From assembly GCA_965637545.1 (NCBI GenBank), contig OZ281494.1, positions 15,314,001 through 15,378,000 of the forward strand: a DNA stretch of 64,000 bases. The letters run 5' to 3'. This stretch comes from Phallusia mammillata. Its lineage: Eukaryota. The notes under the pieces were generated by a model, which did not search any database, was not told where the DNA came from, and was given only the letters and a program-made list of their open reading frames with translations. Positions 49,601 through 57,900 of the stretch are shown one piece after another. Position numbers and translations under genes: made by a program. The number at the start of each line of letters is the position of its first letter. The stretch's first letter is position 1.

Positions 49601-52600
49601 TAAGTACATCGAGAATATGGCCACCCTGTTAGAAAAGGGTTATGCAGAACGAATTCCTGAAGACCAAGTTGGTACGAAGAATAGAGTATGGTACCTCCCA
49701 CACCACCCAGTCGTCAACCCAAAGAAACCTGAAAAGGTCAGAATCGTTTTCGACTGTGCCGCGAAGTGCTCGGGTCAATCAATTAACGACAAGCTAATGA
49801 AGGGACCCGACTTGGTAAACAACCTTGTTGGCGTTTTGGCGAGGTTCCGAAAGGATCGCGTTGCAGTTGTCGCGGACATAGAGGCCATGTTCCACCAGGT
49901 GTCGGTCGCTCCCCGTGATCGCGACGCTTTAAGGTTCTTATGGTGGCCAGGAGGAGACATGTCAAAGGTGGCTACTCCGCACAGGATGAATGTACATTTG
50001 TTCGGTGCCCGCTCTTCCCCCAGCTGCGCTACGTTTTGTTTACGTGAAACTGCAAGGGAGCACGGAAAGTTCTTCGACCCCAGAGTTGCTGATGCTGTGA
50101 GATACAACTTCTATGTCGACGATTGCCTCGCGACAGCCCCTTGCGACTCAAGCGCCGTTAAGTTAGTGAAAGACTTAAAAGGCTTGCTCGCCTTGGGTGG
50201 ATTCAAATTGACGAAGTGGGTTTCCACCAGCGACGCAGTCATGGAATCCGTTCCAGTCCAAGAAAGAGGCAAGGCATGCCAAAACGTTTCTTTAGGGGAT
50301 TGCGTGCAGCAACGTGTGTTGGGAATAAACTGGGACGTGAATGAAGATGAGTTTCAATTTAGCGTCGACCTGCCCGCTAAACCGCTGACCCGACGAGGTA
50401 TGCTCTCGGTAACTAATTCCCTTTTTGACCCCCTGGGATTCGTGGCACCTGTCGTTCTGGAGGCCCGATTGATGTACCGCAATCTGTGCCAGAAGAAGTT
50501 GGACTGGGACGAGGAAGTTGGTGGAGCTGACTTGACAAAATGGAGAAAATGGTGCGGCAGCTTGGAACGTTTGCGCGCTGTCCGGATTCCCCGATGTTTT
50601 AGGCCTAAAACAACGAACGAGATAACAGGCCAACAATTGCATTTCTTTGCTGATGCCTCTACAGTTGCAAGAGGATGTGTGTGCTACCTACGGACAACGA
50701 TGGAAGACGGCAGTGCACACTGCAGTTTTGTAATGGGAAGGTCGCTCTTGTCAGGTTCTGGAAAGCACACGATCCCTCGTTTGGAGTTGGAGGCGGCGCT
50801 GGATGCTGTCAAGCTTTCCAGGACAGTCAAGAAGGAGCTGTGTATGGAAAACTGCCCTTGTGTTTTTTGGAGTGATTCTACTATTGTTCTTCACAGTCTC
50901 TTTGCAGACAGCAAAAACTTTCCGGTATTTTCTCGAAACAGGCTTTCGCAGATTGAGAAATTTACGTGCGTACATGATTGGAGACACGTCCCTACCGCTT
51001 CGAACCCAGCAGACCAAGCCTCACGCGGCATGGCGGCCGACGCCTTCGTTGGGTCGAAATTATGGCAAAACGGGCCAGACTTCCTGCGATTTCCCCCGGA
51101 TCAGTGGCCCAAGGGATTTGCTAAACCCGAAGTACCGGGGGGAATCTACAGCAGCTTTGATTTAAAAGAAGCAACTAACGTGTTTCTTTCAATCAGCGAC
51201 TGCTCACCGACCGATAAGCTGATCAACCACTTTTCGTCGCTCTACCGTCTTAAAATCGCCACTGGATGGCTCTTGCGCGTCCGAGGATATCTTCACAAAA
51301 AGACTAAAGGGGAAACCGCTACGCTTTCTCGCTCGCCAATCACCGTAATTGAGCTACAGGACGCTGAAAAGGCACTCGTACAATACAACCAGCGGCAAGA
51401 ATTCCCAAATTGGACTAAAGGAGACCTTCCCTCGCACCAAAATAAGACGTCTCAGATCTACAAGCTAAATCCCATCATGGTAGACGGCGTGTTGCGAGTA
51501 GGAGGAAGACTGGAAAACTGTTGCCTGGATTACGAGGCTAAACATCCCGCCATTATCCCACACCAATCTCACCTTACCGATCTGCTAATTGAACACTACC
51601 ACAGCAAGAAAGCGGGACACTCAGGTGTCAACCATACAATGAACCTGTTATGTCAGCGCTACTGGGTTGTTAACGCGCGAGTTGCAATCCGTCGTGCCTT
51701 GCGAAAATGTCAACTTTGCCGACGACGTGATGCCAACCCAGGATCGCAGCAAATGGCCGATCTGCCGTCGGCCAGACTACAATTAAATGAGGCCCCTTTC
51801 ACCCACACTGGGGTGGACTACTTTGGACCTTTCACAATTAAGATACGCCGAAGTGAAGTGAAACGCTATGGGTGCCTTTTTACGTGTATGACCAGTCGCG
51901 CCATCCACCTGGAAGTTTCCCCCGACCTTTCGACAGATGCTTTCATTAACGCTATGCGACGCTTCATTGCACGTCGCGGACCAATCAAGCACATGTATTC
52001 AGATAACGGGACAAACTTTGTCGGAGCGGAACGAGTTCTCCGAGAGTCCGTCGATGAATGGAACCAACAGCAAATACACAACTACTTAAGACAAAAGGCG
52101 GTAACTTGGCACTTTAATCCTCCTAGTGCCAGTCATTTTGGAGGTGCTTGGGAAAGGATGGTCAGATCTGTCCGCCGCATATTGATGACGCTGCTTCCAG
52201 ACAAACCACTCGACGACGATTTGCTACACACTTTATTCCTTGAGGTTGAAGATATTGTGAACTCGAGGCCCCTGACTCAAGTTCAATTAGAAGTAGGAGA
52301 GGAATTACCACTTACTCCTAACCATTTGCTGAAGCTAAAGCCAACGGTCGGTTTGCCGCCAGTGAATACTTCGAAGACCGACTGCTACGCGAGACGCCGG
52401 TTTCGTGCTGTTCAGTACCTTGCTGACGAGTTCTGGCGTCGTTGGATGCAAGAATACCCTCGGACGGTCATCGCCAGACAGAAGTGGCATGAACGTAAGA
52501 AGAATTTTGCCGTTAACGACATTGTGCTGTTGGTAGACGATTCGACCCCGAGGGGGCGCTGGCCTATGGGCCGAGTTCTTAACATATTCCACGACAAAAA

Positions 52601-52727
52601 CGGAATTGTCCGAAGCGTTGAAGTAAAGACTTCCAGCGGAGTTCTGAAGAGACCTGTTGCAAAGCTGTGCGTTATCGTTCCTGCCGAGACTGGGGGCGAC
52701 GAAGAAGAAACAGAGCCAAGGATGTAG
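46629..52727 (+). CDS. BEL/Pao Gag-Pol polyprotein, 2032 aa
   Basis: Three Cys/His knuckles (CTLCKRPHRIDEC, CYKCLSPGHSVRDC, CDEEGCDSAYHHTLLH), protease ALIDSGS, RT (KVRIVFD, DIEAMFHQV, LFGARSSP, FYVDD), RNase H (FADAS, IPRLEL, WSDS), integrase (GHSGV..C..C, VDYFGP, SDNGTNF, GGAWERMV, NSRPL) and the BEL C-terminal FWRRW...GRWPMGRV block. Confidence 0.98.
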   Translation: MDPDDEVIVAAHRSLMAKYVRAESLLLKPTDAPVVEQFLPEVEKDFQRVMSLCETMSDGDIVPGSRTRKMDYIRDKIEFDERMEQWLCDVRQKTPVSNASLPPLVDSPFIVDDQKSIGSTTSSMRSLRLKESQVKLRIAQVTRRQDEERKQEEAARRKLKQELADREAKAKQDLADHEAKAKQDLADREAKAKQDLADREAKAKQDLAEFADREAELERELADRESQRKLELAETEARAWEDASVAESICGKQHPGFSGSTTVPLPSSPLDSPVHTYIDYKAQPTALCKNYAQDQRYTERDTFVQKYVKEEAIPPYQCRAHEPTQLKFDSYQAPPKPLETRAPRASHNRYLEVGERFLPKPIVEKFKGDPMDYWSFINRYQLHIADMVESFDLKLIYLLQHCEERVYEHMKHHSACESPREGYEMARRELYERYGQPHIIARRCENLLHDVPRLTSNDPVGLEKLAVLLRNCCASLEKMVGTSIVDSVGFISSIAYKLPLKMREKWVSESLRVQDRTNNVARFADFAKFVIEQSREANSVFGKCLFSSPVEKADTAAPRRQKVFAYNVNVSAPESAAAADFSRLCTLCKRPHRIDECTQFKRKSYEERRKFARIKGLCYKCLSPGHSVRDCKAETNCDEEGCDSAYHHTLLHNPKWISKPTDSEEERNGNVGEFHNDCMNSVINRENGLARRPSAYLDILPVQVRCGHKLVNTYALIDSGSNMTFCERQLAEKLGAKTTANGVHFKLNTLTTDQPVAVDTTSVSLFISPLKGGQELKLPDVVLVDRIPANPSRVPEAKRLEKYEYLRGVDLPQIEGGAVTLLIGNDNAIAHRCLESRFAPNPREIPDAVRTPLGWLLKGPSLETQAYVEEESSFYLTAFSSDVEADCLGNVLINDEGSSFPSLEDDIGDVESLMQWLRSHEEVSNFGMKYSREDVVAYDMMTRLVERVNGHYQLPLPWKNDSEVLPDSLPMASGRLEGLKKRLLRNSAMRDKYIENMATLLEKGYAERIPEDQVGTKNRVWYLPHHPVVNPKKPEKVRIVFDCAAKCSGQSINDKLMKGPDLVNNLVGVLARFRKDRVAVVADIEAMFHQVSVAPRDRDALRFLWWPGGDMSKVATPHRMNVHLFGARSSPSCATFCLRETAREHGKFFDPRVADAVRYNFYVDDCLATAPCDSSAVKLVKDLKGLLALGGFKLTKWVSTSDAVMESVPVQERGKACQNVSLGDCVQQRVLGINWDVNEDEFQFSVDLPAKPLTRRGMLSVTNSLFDPLGFVAPVVLEARLMYRNLCQKKLDWDEEVGGADLTKWRKWCGSLERLRAVRIPRCFRPKTTNEITGQQLHFFADASTVARGCVCYLRTTMEDGSAHCSFVMGRSLLSGSGKHTIPRLELEAALDAVKLSRTVKKELCMENCPCVFWSDSTIVLHSLFADSKNFPVFSRNRLSQIEKFTCVHDWRHVPTASNPADQASRGMAADAFVGSKLWQNGPDFLRFPPDQWPKGFAKPEVPGGIYSSFDLKEATNVFLSISDCSPTDKLINHFSSLYRLKIATGWLLRVRGYLHKKTKGETATLSRSPITVIELQDAEKALVQYNQRQEFPNWTKGDLPSHQNKTSQIYKLNPIMVDGVLRVGGRLENCCLDYEAKHPAIIPHQSHLTDLLIEHYHSKKAGHSGVNHTMNLLCQRYWVVNARVAIRRALRKCQLCRRRDANPGSQQMADLPSARLQLNEAPFTHTGVDYFGPFTIKIRRSEVKRYGCLFTCMTSRAIHLEVSPDLSTDAFINAMRRFIARRGPIKHMYSDNGTNFVGAERVLRESVDEWNQQQIHNYLRQKAVTWHFNPPSASHFGGAWERMVRSVRRILMTLLPDKPLDDDLLHTLFLEVEDIVNSRPLTQVQLEVGEELPLTPNHLLKLKPTVGLPPVNTSKTDCYARRRFRAVQYLADEFWRRWMQEYPRTVIARQKWHERKKNFAVNDIVLLVDDSTPRGRWPMGRVLNIFHDKNGIVRSVEVKTSSGVLKRPVAKLCVIVPAETGGDEEETEPRM
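47121..47252 (+). repeat. 33-bp in-frame tandem repeat, four copies (11-aa unit DREAKAKQDLA) in Gag
   Basis: gaccgcgaggcaaaagcaaagcaagatttggcc four times, with one G-to-A change in copy 2. Confidence 0.95.
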
Positions 52728-52840
52728 AAAATTTGGACTGTCATGAACGTTTATTTCGAGCGCGTCGGAGCCTAATGAGGCGCAAATCTTTTAATTGTTG
52801 TAAAAAATTGTAAACGCATTAACTGTAGCGTTTCCCATTT

Positions 52841-52853
52841 TGGTGGGGGAGGA
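52841..52853 (+). promoter_or_regulatory. Polypurine tract of the LTR element
   Basis: tggtgggggagga lies immediately before the TG of the 3' LTR. Confidence 0.85.
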
Positions 52854-53556
52854 TGTAAGATTTCTTGCCTCTAGCGGCGCAAACTGTTATGTACGGGTGC
52901 CAGGGAGATCGTCCTGGCATTGCTATTGTCACAACAATGACTTTGTGACGTAAAATCCATTGTGGTGCGAGACCGCATGGTTATTAGTTTATTAGTGTCT
53001 GTGATGTGCTGAACGCATGAAAGTGAGTTGTGATAGCTAAGTAACGTATTTCTGATTCTGTTTGAAACAGAAAGTATATTGTAAATGTGCAAAAGTTGTA
53101 CCTAAGTGAACTGAACCTGTGAACTTTGCGCTGAGCATTGGATTATTGTGACCCGATTAATTTACTGTGGGCAAGATTCGGCCTGCATCGATCTGTGCGA
53201 CGAAGTGACTCGGTTGCATTGCTGTACGCCGGTATGTTTTAATGTAGTGGCCTGTATCTTGGTGTGTTTTTATGTGTTTTACTGATTACGACTTACGATA
53301 TTTACAGTGTCAAAACCGTAATCTGTGATTTCCAACTGGGAAGTCTTATGCCTGGACCGATCAAAGTTTGGTACGTTATTTTGTTTCTCTCCTGTAAATG
53401 CGTTTTGTCGTTGTTCCTCGTTCTGACTTTTACTAGTGTTGTTATGTTTGCAGAAAACCGCGTTTATTGCGCGCGTCATTCATCTTGGTCGAAATAAAAT
53501 TCTGTTGCTCGCACTGGTAGCTTGTCCAGGCGCTGCACTGAAGGTGCGACGCTACA
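52854..53556 (+). repeat. 3' LTR, 703 bp
   Basis: Direct repeat of 45891-46593 at offset 6963. Confidence 0.97.
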
Positions 53557-53689
53557 CATAGAATAACAGAAGATTATGACATCACATGTAAAAATGATTA
53601 CCAAGCTGCAACAATATGGTAAACGGTACAAAACATAGAGGTAATATACAGTATTTTAATATAGTTTCCCTTGGTCTTATACGCATTAG

Positions 53690-53880
53690 GCAGCAAGATT
53701 GTTCCACTTTTTCCTATCTTTCGATGTTCTGTATATCATTCTGGTTTGGCCGTCTCATTTCGGTGTCTTTGTGGAAAGTCTTCTTCCAGGTAAACTTTGG
53801 CCTTCCTCTTAATCGTTTTCCTTCAGCTCATAGCGAGTTTTCGAGCCCGTGAATTTGGCATGCCTAGCACATGTGCCGCA
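53690..53880 (-). pseudogene. Degraded 3' end of an RTE-clade non-LTR retrotransposon ORF
   Basis: With one stop and frameshifts it reads HVLGMPNSRARKLAMS*/EGKRLRGRPKFTWKKTFHKD.../DRKKWNNL, matching the RTE C-terminal HV.RM...GKR.RGRP..TW...DR..W pattern. Confidence 0.7.
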
Positions 53881-54433
53881 TATCTGAATCTCCGTGTTGA
53901 CTCTTAAGATGATAATGGTCGGAGGTGTAGCTAGTACAGAGGCTTTGTAGCCTACCAGTGGTTCTGTAGATGTCATCATTTGTGATGTTGGTATGTAATG
54001 TTTAGGATTATATAGAGAATAGGCTACACAACTTTGATGCAAGGCATTTATGTTTTTTAGCTTGAAAACAGAACTGTCAGTTTTCAAGTTTCGCTAGCAT
54101 ACAAAACGGTCTGAGCAGTAGGCTTCCTACAATCATGCATTAACTCACGATTGTCAATAAAGCCTATTTGTGGTCATTGGCATTTCCAAAAAACAAGCTC
54201 TAGTGATAAGGTAGGTCATCAATGTGGTAAGGTAAATTTTATACGCGATTGCGTTCGGTATATCACGGAATTCGATAGGATAGGATCTTACGTCGACATA
54301 CAAAACGCTTGACATACACCGTGTCGGTTTTGATTATTATACAGTCTTTTTTTTTCAACCAAGTAAAATCTCCACGCAATCTTATCACGGTTTTAATGTT
54401 TGTTGTAATCAATTAACTAAGAAGTCCCAGGAG

Positions 54434-54730
54434 TATGGGGCGCCGTTTTGAAAACAAAAAAAAAACTTGCAAGATAGCTGCGGCAAGATAGCGTCGCAAG
54501 TTACCCGGTGCATTGTGGGACATCTCCATACATTTAGTTATGAATTTCCCATAATGCACCGGGTAACTTGCGACGAAAGATAGCTATCTTGCCGCAACTT
54601 AGCGTCGCAACTTAGCTATCTTGCCGCAACTTAGCGTTGCAAGTTAGCTAAGTTGCTGTAAGTTAGCTATGTTTCGTTGCAGGTTAGCTATCTTGCTGCA
54701 ACTTAATTTATTCGACAACGGCGCCCCATA
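54434..54730. mobile_element. Foldback/MITE-like element of unassigned superfamily
   Basis: 14-bp TIR TATGGGGCGCCGTT / AACGGCGCCCCATA, with CAGGAG direct repeats on both flanks. Internal 29-bp inverted repeat (54492-54520 / 54547-54575) and arrays of gcaacttagc and gctatcttgc motifs. Confidence 0.75.
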
Positions 54731-54978
54731 CAGGAGAACAACAGCTGTTTGTAGTTGCTTACGGGCATCCTTTGTTATGAAACGTTGTGAATGGAGTTGT
54801 AATTGTTTGTTGTCTGTGGGGTTTTCCCTACTTCATTTTTGGCTTTGTTGAAGGTCGAGGTCAGTTTGTTTGTGCTTAGCAGGCGTTGTTGTAACCCTGG
54901 CAATCAAGTTTATATTGGATGCAATTAAAAATAAAAGCATGAGATACATAACGAAAAAGAGAGACGTGTGATATTACT

Positions 54979-57900
54979 ATGCCAAATAGACGTGTCGCTC
55001 CTTCTCGAAATGGATCTGAAACAAATGAGTTAGTTTTAATGCAAAGTCCGGCCCCAGGAGGAACGCCATTTACAAACGTGTCAGAGTCAAGATTGTCAAC
55101 TCCAGTAAGAAAGTTGAAATTTGAAGTTAAGAACTCGGTGAAAAATAAGTTCCATTATTCTTAGATGCCTTTTGAAAATAGGACTGTGCAGTTTATTGGT
55201 GCCGCTGACAACAAGTCTGCAAAGGTAGCTACTGTGGACATTTTGTTTTTAAATTATATATTGGATAATTTTGTAGTACAGTTTACTGACTTCTTATCTA
55301 TATCATTTCAAAAATGATAGCTAATAGAGCTATTTTTAGGTTTCCCAGTTAAATTATATTTGGTAATTAGAAGACGTTTGTCCATTAACTTTTGTTTCAG
55401 TACGTTAAAGTTTCACACAATGAAGATGTTTCTCGGGTATATGAATTCATCAAAAAGGAATGGGAACTTCAACCTCCAAGGCTTATAGTTTCTGTGACAG
55501 GTGGTGCAAAAAACTTTAAGATGAAACAAAGGCTGACAAATGTCTTCAAAAAGAGTTTAATTAACATTGCAGAAGGAACAGGTTAGAAAAAAAACTCTGC
55601 TCGTAAAAATTTCTATACCTATATACTTTTAAATTTCTATACCTATTTGCTTTTTTAAGGTAAAACTTAATTGTGATGCATTTCAATTATTCAATTTAAT
55701 TGAAAGTATTTATAAAAGAAAACTGAAATTAAAACTGTTCTTACAGGCAACTTGCTTAACTAAGGAATATCATTTCAGGTGCTTGGATAATTACTGGTGG
55801 GACAAATGCTGGTGTCATGAAGCATGTTGGAAAAGCTGTGCAAGAGCATGCTGCTGCCAAGTCAAATAAGAAAAAAACAAATAAGGTGGTAACATGTTTT
55901 TGTAACTTTAATAGATTTAATTTGAGGCCCAATTAATCGTTATCGCACACTGTTGCATTGTCACACTTTCGTTTAGTTCTTTTTTTCCTTTGTTTATTGT
56001 GCACTGTACTATTCACATTCAGTCTTATGTACTCTGATGAAGGCAACTTGCATAGGTCATTGAAACGGTGGTACAAAAGTACAATTGCCAGAACAGCTGT
56101 GTTAAGTTGTTCATGTTACAGGTTGTGACCCTTGGAATTGTCACTTGGGGAATTTTGCAAAATAAATCTTCCATAACTGAAAAAGGAAAGGTAATTAACT
56201 GGTTTAGTTAAAGAAATATGCCTTCTTACATGGAAATGCCTAATGGATATTTTGTAGCATGACATTAACCTGGAAAACGGCAGTCGACTTAGTGTTTTGG
56301 ACAAGAATCATACTCATTTTGTTTTGGTTGACGATGAAACTGTTGAAGAATATGGAAAGGAAATTAAGTTCCGTGCTCAACTGGAAAAACATATAGGTGA
56401 GCAAAATAATCACCGAGAAAATCGTTTTTGTGAGTTTTTTAACAACTTCTTGTGTTTTAGCTGCATCTCAGCAGGATGGAATGAATGTTCTTATTTGTTG
56501 TGTGCTTGTGCAAGGTGGTCCAGGGTCACTTAGGGTTTGTTAAAAAAAGGATGTGTGCTTTTCGCGTTTTATATTTTTAATGTTTTTTTTTTCCACCAGA
56601 CTGTTTATGAAGCATTGAGTGAAGGAACTCCTGTTGTAGTGGTTGGGGGATCAGGACAATGGGCAAATATTCTTGCAACTTTATGTACAAATCCAGATCT
56701 AAGTGTTACTACTACAGTCATACAAGATCTGTTACGGGGTGAGATTTTTAATACAATTGTTCAATTGTATTTGTTTTAACCATGCATTTTTTGGTAAAAT
56801 TTGTGTTGTTTGACGACTTAGAAAACTCAATGGAATGGAAGGATGAGGAGTTATCAGAGTGGACAAACATTGTTAGCGAGTGCCTCCGATTAAAGAACTT
56901 AATAACCATATTTCAACTAGACACACCAGACAGTGTGCAAGAACTAGATATTGCAATTTTGGAATCCCTTTTACAGGGTATGTAAAAGTTATAATAAACC
57001 TTTTATTGACAGTCAGCTTTTGTAATCTATTGCCAACAAACAAGTGTATTTTAAACTATGTGGACCAGGGTGGTCAAAGACTGAGAGAATGAAGGGTAAC
57101 AATAGGGTTGGGTAAATACACAAAGGAAAAAGGACTCTTTTGTAAGGATTGAATTTGCTGTTCCAATGAACTTTATGTTTTTGAGACTTAAATATTATTA
57201 AAAACTTCCTGCAAATGCCGATATTTGCAACAATAATCGACATGGTAATGTCATCACTAAGAGTGTAAACTCTTTTATTGCCTCACAAAAGATACATATT
57301 GACCTGCAATTTGATGAAGGGTGTATTATTTGGGGCTGCAATCATTTCAATAATTGTATGCAGAAAGTGTTCATGCCAGGGTGTGGGAAACCCTGAACTA
57401 AACATCGCAACAGAAATATGTTTAGTGTTAGTTGTTTTTGTCTGTATTTTTTTCTCTCGTTTGGTCAAGAAACAGTGCTTCCAAGTTATTTAAATTTTGA
57501 CAGATGTTAGTTGTTAATCCGAATTTGATCCGCCAGAAGTGACCCTGAATGACCCAGCGGTTCACCCACAGGCCCCAAAACCTAATTTTTTTAAACGGCT
57601 GTACTGACTAAAGTACATCATTTAGGATTTTTATGCTTTGTTGGTTGGTGCGATGTAAGATTTTTTAAAGAATTTTGTGGATTTAACAGGATCCCATTTT
57701 TAGACTTTAAACCATAAAGTAATTGTTTTTGTTTAACGCTGGTTTGTAACGCTTGGCTGGTCAAGAAATTGTACTTTAAATTTATTCAAATTTGGACAGA
57801 TGTTAGTTATGGGTCCCCTTCCCTGAAGGGGACACATATTGTTTTTGTCCATATTTTTTTTTCTTTTTTCTGTCTAACGCTGGTTTGTAACGCTCGTTTG

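Larger units (their letters stand above)
45891..53556 (+). mobile_element. Full-length intact BEL/Pao LTR retrotransposon, 7666 bp
   Basis: TG...CA LTRs at 45891-46593 and 52854-53556. 5-bp TSD CATAG at 45886-45890 and 53557-53561. Polypurine tract before the 3' LTR. One uninterrupted gag-pol ORF. Confidence 0.98.

Noticed and set aside
47024-52744. Numerous antisense and alternate-frame ORFs within the retrotransposon
   Set aside because: Expected shadows of a long, GC-richer coding sequence and of its 33-bp repeat.
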